Shown here piece after piece: positions 1-13,104 of a DNA stretch of 64,000 nucleotides. The stretch's first letter is position 1, and every line of letters starts with the position of its first letter. Where the stretch lies: the NCBI RefSeq assembly GCF_009914755.1, contig NC_060925.1; one strand, written 5' to 3'. The DNA comes from the human T2T-CHM13v2.0 reference genome, Homo sapiens. The position numbers and the translations under genes were made by a program. The notes under the pieces are model-generated. The model was not told the DNA's origin and ran no database searches. It saw nothing but the letters and a program-made list of their open reading frames with translations.

Positions 1-145
1 TATAAAGACTAGACAGAATGATTCTCAGAAACTCCTTTGTGATGTGTGCGTTCAACTCACAGAGTTTAACCTTTCTGTTCATAGAGCTGTTAGGAAACAC
101 TCTGTTTGTAAAGTCTGCAAGTGGATATTCAGACCTCCTTTAGGC

Positions 146-162
146 CTTCGTTGGAAACGGGA
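146..162 (+). promoter_or_regulatory. CENP-B box (first of ~188, one per 340-bp dimer)
   Basis: CTTCGTTGGAAACGGGA at 146-162, then 486, 826 (ending in T in the A dimer), 1165, 1505 and so on. It matches the 17-bp box with core nTTCGnnnnAnnCGGGn. Confidence 0.97.
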
Positions 163-527
163 TTTCTTCCTATTCTGCTAGACAGAAGAATTCTCAGTAA
201 CTTCCTTGTGTTGTGTGTATTCAACTCACAGAGTTGAACGATCCTTTACACAGAGCAGACTTGAAACACTCTTTTTGTGGAATTTGCAAGTGGAGATTTC
301 AGCCGCTTTGAGGTCAATAGTAGAAAAGGAAATATCTTCGTAGAAAAACTAGACAGAATGATTCTCAGAAACTCCTTTGTGATGTGTGTGTTCAACTCAC
401 AGAGTTTAACCTTTCTTTTCATAGAGCAGTTAGGAAACACTCTGTTTATAAAGTCTGCAAGTGGATATTCAGACCCCTTTGAGGCCTTCGTTGGAAACGG
501 GATTTCTTCATATTATGCTAGACAGAA

Positions 528-1206
528 GAATTCTCAGTAACTTCCTTGTGTTGTGTGTATTCAACTGACAGAGTTGAACTTTCATTTAGAGAGAGCAGAT
601 TTGAAACACTGTTTTTGTGGAATTTGCAAGTGGAGATTTCAAGCGCTTTGGGGCCAAAGGCAGAAAAGGAAATATCTTCGTATAAAAACTAGACAGAATC
701 ATTCTCAGAAACTGCTGCGTGATGTGTGCGTTCAACTCTCAGAGTTTAACTTTTCTTTTCATTCAGCGGTTTGGAAACACTCTGTTTGTAAAGTCTGCAC
801 GTGGAAATTTTGACCACTTAGAGGCCTTCGTTGGAAACGGGTTTTTTTCATGTGAGGCTAGACAGAAGAATTCCCAGTAACTTCCTTGTGTTGTGTGCAT
901 TCAACTCACAGAGTTGAACGTTCCCTTAGACAGAGCAGATTTGAAACACTCTATTTGTGCAATTTGCAAGTGTAGATTTCAAGCGCTTTAAGGTCAACGG
1001 CAGAAAAGGAAATATCTTCGTTTCAAAACTAGACAGAATCATTCCCACAAACTGCGTTGTGATGTGTTCGTTCAACTCACAGAGTTTAACCTTTCTGTTC
1101 ATAGAGCAGTTAGGAAACACTCTGTTTGTAAAGTCTGTAAGTGGATATTCTGACATCTTGTGGCCTTCGTTGGAAACGGGATTTCTTCATATTCTGCTAG
1201 ACAGAA
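528..1206 (+). repeat. Divergent A-B tetramer (679 bp), the anchor of every HOR unit; 29 copies
   Basis: A markers: AACTGACAGAG, CTTTCATTTAGAGAGAG, TTTGGGGCCAAAGGCAG, CTGCTGCGTG, CACGTGGAAATTTTGACCACTT. B markers: GTTCCCTTAGAC, TTCCCACAAACTGCGTTG, TCTGACATCTTGTGG (1 bp shorter, 339 bp). The 86-aa and 99-aa pseudo-ORFs track it. Confidence 0.93.
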
Positions 1207-1672
1207 GAATTCTCAGTAACTTCCTTGTGTTGTGTGTATTCAACTCACAGAGTTGAATGATCCTTTACACAGAGCCGACTTGAAACACTCTTTTTGTGGA
1301 ATTTGCAAGTGGAGATTTCAGCCGCTTTGAGGTCAATGGTAGAAAAGTAAATATCTTCGTATAAAGACTAGACAGAATGATTCTTAGAAACTCCTTTGTG
1401 ATGTGTGCGTTCAACTCACAGAGTTTAACCTTTCTGTTCATAGAGCAGTTAGGAAACACTCTGTTTGTAAAGTCTGCAAGTGGATATTCAGACCTCCTTT
1501 AGGCCTTCGTTGGAAACGGGATTTCTTCATATTCTGCTAGACAGAAGAATTCTCAGTAACTTCCTTGTGTTGTGTGTATTCAACTCACAGAGTTGAACAA
1601 TCCTTTACACAGAGCAGACTTGAAACACTCTTTTTGTGGAATTTGCAAGTGGAGATTTCAGCCGCTTTGAGG

Positions 1673-1690
1673 TCAATGGTAGAAAAGGAA
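1673..1690 (+). promoter_or_regulatory. pJ-alpha-like (A-box) motif of the alternate monomer (representative copy)
   Basis: TCAATGGTAGAAAAGGAA occupies the position equivalent to the CENP-B box in the other monomer of each dimer, as expected from A/B monomer alternation in SF1. Confidence 0.6.
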
Positions 1691-2226
1691 ATATCTTCGT
1701 ATAAAGACTAGACAGAATGATTCTCATAAACTCCTTTGTGATGTGTGCGTTCAACTCACAGAGTTTAACTTTTCTTTTCATAGAGCAGTTAGGAAACACT
1801 CTGTTTGTAAAGTCTGCAAGTGGATATTCAGACCTCTTTGAGGCCTTCGTTGGAAACGGGATTTCTTCATATTCTGCTAGACAGAAGAATTCTCAGTAAC
1901 TTCCTTGTGTTGTGTGTATTCAACTCACAGAGTTGAACGATCCTTTACACAGAGCAGACTTGAAACACTCTTTTTGTGGAATTTGCAAGTGGAGATTTCA
2001 GCCGCTTTGAGGTCAATGGTAGAAAAGGAAATATCTTCGTATAAAGACTAGACAGAATGATTCTCAGAAACTCCTTTGTGATGTGTGCGTTCAACTCACA
2101 GAGTTTAACTTTTCTTTTCATAGAGCCGTTAGGAAACACTCTGTTTGTAAAGTCTGCAAGTGGATATTCAGACGTCTTTGAGGCCTTCGTTGGAAACGGG
2201 ATTTCTTCATATTATGCTAGACAGAG

Positions 2227-3925
2227 GAATTCTCAGTAACTTCCTTGTGTTGTGTGTATTCAACTCACAGAGTTGAACGATCCTTTACACAGAGCAGACT
2301 TGAAACACTCTTTTTGTGGAATTTGCAAGTGGAGATTTCAAGCGCTTTGGGGCCAAAGGCAGAAAAGGAAATATCTTCGTATAAAAACTAGACAGAATCA
2401 TTCTCAGAAACTGCTGCGTGATGTGTGCGTTCAACTCTCAGAGTTTAACTTTTCTTTTCATTCAGCGGTTTGGAAACACTCTGTTTGTAAAGTCTGCACG
2501 TGGAAATTTTGACCACTTAGAGGCCTTCGTTGGAAACGGGATTTTTTCATGTAAGGCTAGACAGAAGAATTCCCAGTAACTTCCTTGTGTTGTGTGCATT
2601 CAACTCACAGAGTTGAACGTTCCCTTAGACAGAGCAGATTTGAAACACTCTATTTGTGCAATTTGCAAGTGTAGTTTTCAAGCTCTTTAAGGTCAACGGC
2701 AGAAAAGGAAATATCTTCGTTTCAAAACTAGACAGAATCATTCCCACAAACTGCGTTGTGATGTGTTCGTTCAACTCACAGAGTTTAACCTTTCTGTTCA
2801 TAGAGCAGTTAGGAAACACTCTGTTTGTAAAGTCTGTAAGTGGATATTCTGACATCTTGTGGCCTTCGTTGGAAACGGGATTTCTTCACATTCTGCTAGA
2901 CAGAAGAATTCTCAGTAACTTCCTTGTGTTGTGTGTATTCAACTCACAGAGTTGAACAATCCTTTACACAGAGCAGACTTGAAACACTCTTTTTGTGGAA
3001 TTTGCAAGTGGAGATTTCAGCCGCTTTGAGGTCAATGGTAGAAAAGGAAATATCTTCGTATAAAGACTAGACAGAATGATTCTCATAAACTCCTTTGTGA
3101 TGTGTGCGTTCAACTCACAGAGTTTAACTTTTCTTTTCATAGAGCAGTTAGGAAACACTCTGTTTGTAAAGTCTGCAAGTGGATATTCAGACCTCTTTGA
3201 GGCCTTCGTTGGAAACGGGATTTCTTCATATTCTGCTAGACAGAAGAATTCTCAGTAACTTCCTTGTGTTGCGTGTATTCAACTCACAGAGTTGAACGAT
3301 CCTTTACACAGAGCAGACTTGAAACATTCTTTTTGTGGAATTTGCAAGTGGAGATTTCAGCCGCTTTGAGGTCAATGGTAAAATAGGAAATATCTTCCTA
3401 TAGAAACTAGACAGAACGATTCTCAGAAACTCCTTTGTGATGTGTGCGTTCAACTCACAGAGTTTAACCTTTCTTTTCATAGAGCAGTTAGGAAACTCTC
3501 TGTTTGTAAAGTCTGCAAGTGGATATTCAGACCTCTTTGAGGCCTTCGTTGGAAACGGGATTTCTTCATATTCTGCTAGACAGAAGAATTCTCAGTAACT
3601 TCCTTGTGTTGTGTGTATTCAACTCACAGAGTTGAGCGATCCTTTACACAGAGCAGACTTGAAATAGTCTTTTTGTGGAATTTGCAAGTGGAGATTTCAG
3701 CCGCTTTGTGGTCAATAGTAGAAAAGGAAATATCTTCGTAGAAAAACTAGACAGAATGATTCTCAGAAACTCCTTTGTGATGTGTGTGTTCATCTCACAG
3801 AGTTTAACCTTTCTTTTCATAGAGCAGTTAGTAAACACTCTGTTTATAAAGTCTGCAAGTGGATATTCAGACCCCTTTGAGGCCTTCGTTGGAAACGGGA
3901 TTTCTTCATATTATGCTAGACAGAA
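2227..3925 (+). repeat. HOR unit, 10-mer (hybrid A', B', d e' f'), 1699 bp
   Basis: Spacing 2252->3951. The A dimer has a generic-dimer head. Confidence 0.85.
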
Positions 3926-5965
3926 GAATTCTCAGTAACTTCCTTGTGTTGTGTGTATTCAACTGACAGAGTTGAACTTTCATTTAGAGAGAGCAGATTT
4001 GAAACACTGTTTTTGTGGAATTTGCAAGTGGAGATTTCAAGCGCTTTGGGGCCAAAGGCAGAAAAGGAAATATCTTCGTATAAAAACTAGACAGAATCAT
4101 TCTCAGAAACTGCTGCGTGATGTTTGCGTTCAACTCTCAGAGTTTAACTTTTCTTTTCATTCAGCGGTTTGGAAACACTCTGTTTGTAAAGTCTGCACGT
4201 GGAAATTTTGACCACTTAGAGGCCTTCGTTGGAAACGGGTTTTTTTCATGTAAGGCTAGACAGAAGAATTCCCAGTAACTTCCTTGTGTTGTGTGCATTC
4301 AACTCACAGAGTTGAACGTTCCCTTAGACAGAGCAGATTTGAAACACTCTATTTGTGCAATTTGCAAGTGTAGATTTCAAGCGCTTTAAGGTCAACGGCA
4401 GAAAAGGAAATATCTTCGTTTCAAAACTAGACAGAATCATTCCCACAAACTGCGTTGTGATGTGTTCGTTCAACTCACAGAGTTTAACCTTTCTGTTCAT
4501 AGAGCAGTTAGGAAACACTCTGTTTGTAAAGTCTGTAAGTGGATATTCTGACATCTTGTGGCCTTCGTTGGAAACGGGATTTCTTCATATTCTGCTAGAC
4601 AGAAGAATTCTCAGTAACTTCCTTGTGTTGTGTGTATTCAACTCACAGAGTTGAACGATCCTTTACACAGAGCAGACTTGAAACACTCTTTTTGTGGAAT
4701 TTGCAAGTGGAGATTTCAGCCGCTTTGAGGTCAATGGTAGAAAAGGAAACTATCTTCATATAAAGATTAGACAGAATGATTCTCAGAAAATCTTTTGTGA
4801 TGTGTGCGTTCAACTCACAGAGTTTAACTTTTCTTCTCATAGAGCAGTTAGGAAACACTCTGTTTGTAAAGTCTGCAAGTGGATATTCAGACCTCTTTGA
4901 GGTCTTCGTTGGAAACGGGATTTCTTCATATTATGCTAGACAGAATAATTCTCAGTAACTTCCTTGTGTTGTGTGTATTCAACTCACAGAGTTGAAGGAT
5001 CCTTTACAGAGAGCAGGCTTGAAACACTCTTTTTGTCGAATTTGCAAGTGGAGATTTCAGCCGCTTTGTGGTCAATGGTAGAATAGGAAATATCTTCTTA
5101 TAGAAACTAGACAGAATGATTCTCATAAACTCCTTTGTGATGTGTGCGTTCAACTCACAGAGTTTAACCTTTCTTTTCATAGAGCAGTTAGGAAACACTC
5201 TGTTTGTAAAGTCTGCAAGTGGATATTCAGACCTCCTTGAGGCCTTCGTTGGAAACGGGATTTCTTCATATTCTGCTAGACAGAAGAATTCTCAGTAACT
5301 TCCTTGTGTTGTGTTTATTCAACTCACAGAGTTGAATGATCCTTTACACAGAGCAGACTTGAAACACTCTTTTTGTGGAATTTGCAAGTGGAGATTTCAG
5401 CCGCTTTGAGGTCAATGGTAGAAAAGTAAATATCTTCCTATAAAGACTAGACAGAATGATTCTCAGAAACTCCTTTGTGATGTGTGCGTTCAACTCACAG
5501 AGTTTAACCTTTCTGTTCATAGAGCCGTTAGGAAACACTCTGTTTGTAAAGTCTGCAAGTGGATATTCAGACCTCCTTGAGGCCTTCGTTGGAAACGGGA
5601 TTTCTTCATATTCTGCTAGACAGAAGAATTCTCAGTAACTTCCTCGTGTTGTGTGTATTCAACTCACAGAGTTGAACGATCCTTTACACAGAGCAGACTT
5701 GAAACACTCTTTTTGTGGAATTTGCAAGTGGAGATTTCAGCCGCTTTGAGGTCAATGGTAGAAAAGGAAATATCTTCGTATAAAGACTAGACAGAATGAT
5801 TCTCAGAAACTCCTTTGTGATGTGTGCGTTCAACTCACAGAGTTTAACTTTTCTTTTCATAGAGCCGTTAGGAAACACTCTGTTTGTAAAGTCTGCAAGT
5901 GGATATTCAGACGTCTTTGAGGCCTTCGTTGGAAACGGGATTTCTTCATATTATGCTAGACAGAG
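3926..5965 (+). repeat. HOR unit, 12-mer (A B g h i k), 2040 bp
   Basis: Spacing 3951->5991. It contains the 341-bp g dimer. Confidence 0.85.
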
Positions 5966-7664
5966 GAATTCTCAGTAACTTCCTTGTGTTGTGTGTATTC
6001 AACTCACAGAGTTGAACGATCCTTTACACAGAGCAGACTTGAAACACTCTTTTTGTGGAATTTGCAAGTGGAGATTTCAAGCGCTTTGGGGCCAAAGGCA
6101 GAAAAGGAAATATCTTCGTATAAAAACTAGACAGAATCATTCTCAGAAACTGCTGCGTGATGTGTGCGTTCAACTCTCAGAGTTTAACTTTTCTTTTCAT
6201 TCAGCGGTTTGGAAACACTCTGTTTGTAAAGTCTGCACGTGGAAATTTTGACCACTTAGAGGCCTTCGTTGGAAACGGGATTTTTTCATGTAAGGCTAGA
6301 CAGAAGAATTCCCAGTAACTTCCTTGTGTTGTGTGCATTCAACTCACAGAGTTGAACGTTCCCTTAGACAGAGCAGATTTGAAACACTCTATTTGTGCAA
6401 TTTGCAAGTGTAGTTTTCAAGCTCTTTAAGGTCAACGGCAGAAAAGGAAATATCTTCGTTTCAAAACTAGACAGAATCATTCCCACAAACTGCGTTGTGA
6501 TGTGTTCGTTCAACTCACAGAGTTTAACCTTTCTGTTCATAGAGCAGTTAGGAAACACTCTGTTTGTAAAGTCTGTAAGTGGATATTCTGACATCTTGTG
6601 GCCTTCGTTGGAAACGGGATTTCTTCATATTCTGCTAGACAGAAGAATTCTCAGTAACTTCCTTGTGTTGTGTGTATTCAACTCACAGAGTTGAACAATC
6701 CTTTACACAGAGCAGACTTGAAACACTCTTTTTGTGGAATTTGCAAGTGGAGATTTCAGCCGCTTTGAGGTCAATGGTAGAAAAGGAAATATCTTCGTAT
6801 AAAGACTAGACAGAATGATTCTCATAAACTCCTTTGTGATGTGTGCGTTCAACTCACAGAGTTTAACTTTTCTTTTCATAGAGCAGTTAGGAAACACTCT
6901 GTTTGTAAAGTCTGCAAGTGGATATTCAGACCTCTTTGAGGCCTTCGTTGGAAACGGGATTTCTTCATATTCTGCTAGACAGAAGAATTCTCAGTAACTT
7001 CCTTGTGTTGCGTGTATTCAACTCACAGAGTTGAACGATCCTTTACACAGAGCAGACTTGAAACATTCTTTTTGTGGAATTTGCAAGTGGAGATTTCAGC
7101 CGCTTTGAGGTCAATGGTAGAATAGGAAATATCTTCCTATAGAAACTAGACAGAACGATTCTCAGAAACTCCTTTGTGATGTGTGCGTTCAACTCACAGA
7201 GTTTAACCTTTCTTTTCATAGAGCAGTTAGGAAACTCTCTGTTTGTAAAGTCTGCAAGTGGATATTCAGACCTCTTTGAGGCCTTCGTTGGAAACGGGAT
7301 TTCTTCATATTCTGCTAGACAGAAGAATTCTCAGTAACTTCCTTGTGTTGTGTGTATTCAACTCACAGAGTTGAGCGATCCTTTACACAGAGCAGACTTG
7401 AAACAGTCTTTTTGTGGAATTTGCAAGTGGAGATTTCAGCCGCTTTGAGGTCAATAGTAGAAAAGGAAATATCTTCGTAGAAAAACTAGACAGAATGATT
7501 CTCAGAAACTCCTTTGTGATGTGTGTGTTCATCTCACAGAGTTTAACCTTTCTTTTCATAGAGCAGTTAGTAAACACTCTGTTTATAAAGTCTGCAAGTG
7601 GATATTCAGACCCCTTTGAGGCCTTCGTTGGAAACGGGATTTCTTCATATTATGCTAGACAGAA
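5966..7664 (+). repeat. HOR unit, 10-mer (A' B' d e' f'), 1699 bp
   Basis: Spacing 5991->7690. It is a near copy of 2227-3925. Confidence 0.85.
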
Positions 7665-10600
7665 GAATTCTCAGTAACTTCCTTGTGTTGTGTGTATTCA
7701 ACTGACAGAGTTGAACTTTCATTTAGAGAGAGCAGATTTGAAACACTGTTTTTGTGGAATTTGCAAGTGGAGATTTCAAGCGCTTTGGGGCCAAAGGCAG
7801 AAAAGGAAATATCTTCGTATAAAAACTAGACAGAATCATTCTCAGAAACTGCTGCGTGATGTGTGCGTTCAACTCTCAGAGTTTAACTTTTCTTTTCATT
7901 CAGCGGTTTGGAAACACTCTGTTTGTAAAGTCTGCACGTGGAAATTTTGACCACTTAGAGGCCTTCGTTGGAAACGGGTTTTTTTCATGTAAGGCTAGAC
8001 AGAAGAATTCCCAGTAACTTCCTTGTGTTGTGTGCATTCAACTCACAGAGTTGAACGTTCCCTTAGACAGAGCAGATTTGAAACACTCTATTTGTGCAAT
8101 TTGCAAGTGTAGATTTCAAGCGCTTTAAGGTCAACGGCAGAAAAGGAAATATCTTCGTTTCAAAACTAGACAGAATCATTCCCACAAACTGCGTTGTGAT
8201 GTGTTCGTTCAACTCACAGAGTTTAACCTTTCTGTTCATAGAGCAGTTAGGAAACACTCTGTTTGTAAAGTCTGTAAGTGGATATTCTGACATCTTGTGG
8301 CCTTCGTTGGAAACGGGATTTCTTCATATTCTGCTAGACAGAAGAATTCTCAGTAACTTCCTTGTGTTGTGTGTATTCAACTCACAGAGTTGAACGATCC
8401 TTTACACAGAGCAGACTTGAAACACTCTTTTTGTGGAATTTGCAAGTGGAGATTTCAGCCGCTTTGAGGTCAATGGTAGAAAAGGAAACTATCTTCATAT
8501 AAAGATTAGACAGAATGATTCTCAGAAAATCTTTTGTGATGTGTGCGTTCAACTCACAGAGTTTAACTTTTCTTCTCATAGAGCAGTTAGGAAACACTCT
8601 GTTTGTAAAGTCTGCAAGTGGATATTCAGACCTCTTTGAGGTCTTCGTTGGAAACGGGATTTCTTCATATTATGCTAGACAGAATAATTCTCAGTAACTT
8701 CCTTGTGTTGTGTGTATTCAACTCACAGAGTTGAAGGATCCTTTACAGAGAGCAGGCTTGAAACACTCTTTTTGTCGAATTTGCAAGTGGAGATTTCAGC
8801 CGCTTTGTGGTCAATGGTAGAATAGGAAATATCTTCTTAAAGAAACTAGACAGAATGATTCTCATAAACTCCTTTGTGATGTGTGCGTTCAACTCACAGA
8901 GTTTAACCTTTCTTTTCATAGAGCAGTTAGGAAACACTCTGTTTGTAAAGTCTGCAAGTGGATATTCAGACCTCCTTGAGGCCTTCGTTGGAAACGGGAT
9001 TTCTTCATATTCTGCTAGACAGAAGAATTCTCAGTAACTTCCTTGTGTTGTGTTTATTCAACTCACAGAGTTGAATGATCCTTTACACAGAGCAGACTTG
9101 AAACACTCTTTTTGTGGAATTTGCAAGTGGAGATTTCAGCCGCTTTGAGGTCAATGGTAGAAAAGTAAATATCTTCCTATAAAGACTAGACAGAATGATT
9201 CTCAGAAACTCCTTTGTGATGTGTGCGTTCAACTCACAGAGTTTAACCTTTCTGTTCATAGAGCCGTTAGGAAACACTCTGTTTGTAAAGTCTGCAAGTG
9301 GATATTCAGACCTCTTTGAGGCCTTCGTTGGAAACGGGATTTCTTCATATTATGCTAGACAGAATAATTCTCAGTAACTTCCTTGTGTTGTGTGTATTCA
9401 ACTCACAGAGTTGAACGATCCTTTACACAGAGCAGACTTGAAACATTCTTTTTGTGTAATTTGCAAGTGGAGATTTCAGCCGCTTTGAGGTCAATGGTAG
9501 AATAGGAAATATCTTCCTATAGAAACTAGACAGAACGATTCTCAGAAACTCCTTTGTGATGTGTGCGTTCAACTCACAGAGTTTAACCTTTCTTTTCATA
9601 GAGCAGTTAGGAAACACTCTGTTTGTAAAGTCTGCAAGTGGATATTCAGACCTCCTTGAGGCCTTCGTTGGAAACGGGATTTCTTCATATTCTGCTAGAC
9701 AGAAGAATTCTCAGTAACTTCCTTGTGTTGTGTTTATTCAACTCACAGAGTTGAATGATCCTTTACACAGAGCAGACTTGAAACACTCTTTTTGTGGAAT
9801 TTGCAAGTGGAGATTTCAGCCGCTTTGAGGTCAATGGTAGAAAAGTAAATATCTTCGTATAAAGACTAGACAGAATGATTCTCAGAAACTCCTTTGTGAT
9901 GTGTGCGTTCAACTCACAGAGTTTAACCTTTCTGTTCATAGAGCTGTTAGGAAACACTCTGTTTGTAAAGTCTGCAAGTGGATATTCAGACCTCCTTTTG
10001 GCCTTCGTTGGAAACGGGATTTCTTCATATTCTGCTAGACAGAAGAATTCTCAGTAACTTCCTTGTGTTGTGTGTATTCAACTCACAGAGTTGAACGATC
10101 CTTTACACAGAGCAGACTTGAAACACTCTTTTTGTGGAATTTGCAAGTGGAGATTTCAGCCGCTTTGAGGTCAATAGTAGAAAAGGAAATATCTTCGTAG
10201 AAAAACTAGACAGAATGATTCTCAGAAACTCCTTTGTGATGTGTGTGTTCAACTCACAGAGTTTAACCTTTCTTTTCATAGAGCAGTTAGTAAACACTCT
10301 GTTTATAAAGTCTGCAAGTGGATATTCAGACCCCTTTGAGGCCTTCGTTGGAAACGGGATTTCTTCATATTATGCTAGACAGAAGAATTCTCAGTAACTT
10401 CCTTGTGTTGTGTGTATTCAACTGACAGAGTTGAACTTTCATTTAGAGAGAGCAGATTTGAAACACTGTTTTTGTGGAATTTGCAAGTGGAGATTTCAAG
10501 CGCTTTGGGGCCAAAGGCAGAAAAGGAAATATCTTCGTATAAAAACTAGACAGAATCATTCTCAGAAACTGCTGCGTGATGTGTGCGTTCAACTCTCAGA

Positions 10601-13104
10601 GTTTAACTTTTCTTTTCATTCAGCGGTTTGGAAACACTCTGTTTGTAAAGTCTGCACGTGGAAATTTTGACCACTTAGAGGCCTTCGTTGGAAACGGGTT
10701 TTTTTCATGTAAGGCTAGACAGAAGAATTCCCAGTAACTTCCTTGTGTTGTGTGCATTCAACTCACAGAGTTGAACGTTCCCTTAGACAGAGCAGATTTG
10801 AAACACTCTATTTGTGCAATTTGCAAGTGTAGATTTCAAGCGCTTTAAGGTCAACGGCAGAAAAGGAAATATCTTCGTTTCAAAACTAGACAGAATCATT
10901 CCCACAAACTGCGTTGTGATGTGTTCGTTCAACTCACAGAGTTTAACCTTTCTGTTCATAGAGCAGTTAGGAAACACTCTGTTTGTAAAGTCTGTAAGTG
11001 GATATTCTGACATCTTGTGGCCTTCGTTGGAAACGGGATTTCTTCATATTCTGCTAGACAGAAGAATTCTCAGTAACTTCCTTGTGTTGTGTGTATTCAA
11101 CTCACAGAGTTGAACGATCCTTTACACAGAGCAGACTTGAAACACTCTTTTTGTGGAATTTGCAAGTGGAGATTTCAGCCGCTTTGAGGTCAATGGTAGA
11201 AAAGGAAACTATCTTCATATAAAGATTAGACAGAATGATTCTCAGAAAATCTTTTGTGATGTGTGCGTTCAACTCACAGAGTTTAACTTTTCTTCTCATA
11301 GAGCAGTTAGGAAACACTCTGTTTGTAAAGTCTGCAAGTGGATATTCAGACCTCTTTGAGGTCTTCGTTGGAAACGGGATTTCTTCATATTATGCTAGAC
11401 AGAATAATTCTCAGTAACTTCCTTGTGTTGTGTGTATTCAACTCACAGAGTTGAAGGATCCTTTACAGAGAGCAGGCTTGAAACACTCTTTTTGTCGAAT
11501 TTGCAAGTGGAGATTTCAGCCGCTTTGTGGTCAATGGTAGAATAGGAAATATCTTCTTAAAGAAACTAGACAGAATGATTCTCATAAACTCCTTTGTGAT
11601 GTGTGCGTTCAACTCACAGAGTTTAACCTTTCTTTTCATAGAGCAGTTAGGAAACACTCTGTTTGTAAAGTCTGCAAGTGGATATTCAGACCTCCTTGAG
11701 GCCTTCGTTGGAAACGGGATTTCTTCATATTCTGCTAGACAGAAGAATTCTCAGTAACTTCCTTGTGTTGTGTTTATTCAACTCACAGAGTTGAATGATC
11801 CTTTACACAGAGCAGACTTGAAACACTCTTTTTGTGGAATTTGCAAGTGGAGATTTCAGCCGCTTTGAGGTCAATGGTAGAAAAGTAAATATCTTCCTAT
11901 AAAGACTAGACAGAATGATTCTCAGAAACTCCTTTGTGATGTGTGCGTTCAACTCACAGAGTTTAACCTTTCTGTTCATAGAGCCGTTAGGAAACACTCT
12001 GTTTGTAAAGTCTGCAAGTGGATATTCAGACCTCTTTGAGGCCTTCGTTGGAAACGGGATTTCTTCATATTATGCTAGACAGAATAATTCTCAGTAACTT
12101 CCTTGTGTTGTGTGTATTCAACTCACAGAGTTGAACGATCCTTTACACAGAGCAGACTTGAAACATTCTTTTTGTGTAATTTGCAAGTGGAGATTTCAGC
12201 CGCTTTGAGGTCAATGGTAGAATAGGAAATATCTTCCTATAGAAACTAGACAGAACGATTCTCAGAAACTCCTTTGTGATGTGTGCGTTCAACTCACAGA
12301 GTTTAACCTTTCTTTTCATAGAGCAGTTAGGAAACACTCTGTTTGTAAAGTCTGCAAGTGGATATTCAGACCTCCTTGAGGCCTTCGTTGGAAACGGGAT
12401 TTCTTCATATTCTGCTAGACAGAAGAATTCTCAGTAACTTCCTTGTGTTGTGTTTATTCAACTCACAGAGTTGAATGATCCTTTACACAGAGCAGACTTG
12501 AAACACTCTTTTTGTGGAATTTGCAAGTGGAGATTTCAGCCGCTTTGAGGTCAATGGTAGAAAAGTAAATATCTTCGTATAAAGACTAGACAGAATGATT
12601 CTCAGAAACTCCTTTGTGATGTGTGCGTTCAACTCACAGAGTTTAACCTTTCTGTTCATAGAGCTGTTAGGAAACACTCTGTTTGTAAAGTCTGCAAGTG
12701 GATATTCAGACCTCCTTTTGGCCTTCGTTGGAAACGGGATTTCTTCATATTCTGCTAGACAGAAGAATTCTCAGTAACTTCCTTGTGTTGTGTGTATTCA
12801 ACTCACAGAGTTGAACGATCCTTTACACAGAGCAGACTTGAAACACTCTTTTTGTGGAATTTGCAAGTGGAGATTTCAGCCGCTTTGAGGTCAATAGTAG
12901 AAAAGGAAATATCTTCGTAGAAAAACTAGACAGAATGATTCTCAGAAACTCCTTTGTGATGTGTGTGTTCAACTCACAGAGTTTAACCTTTCTTTTCATA
13001 GAGCAGTTAGTAAACACTCTGTTTATAAAGTCTGCAAGTGGATATTCAGACCCCTTTGAGGCCTTCGTTGGAAACGGGATTTCTTCATATTATGCTAGAC
13101 AGAA
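7665..13104 (+). repeat. Two tandem 16-mer HOR units (A B g h i e j f), 2720 bp each
   Basis: Anchors 7690->10410->13130, with shared private SNVs. Confidence 0.9.

Larger units (their letters stand above)
528..2226 (+). repeat. HOR unit, 10-mer (A B c d k), 1699 bp
   Basis: A-anchor spacing 553->2252. The k dimer carries GACGTC at 2171 and AGAGGAATTC. Confidence 0.85.

Noticed and set aside
50-70. Short imperfect dyads such as TTCAACTCACAGAGTTTAA / TTCAACTCACAGAGTTGAA as terminators or structured RNA
   Set aside because: They are a general, known property of alpha-satellite monomers and occur in every copy. The sequence gives no evidence of a discrete ncRNA or terminator.
798-803. CACGTG E-box in each A dimer
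   Set aside because: It is a 6-bp match amplified by the repeat, with no support for a regulatory role.
3260-3640. Gap in the ORF track (also ~7000-7380) suggesting an insertion
   Set aside because: It is an ordinary e dimer in which GGAAACAC>GGAAACTC removes the minus-strand start codon.
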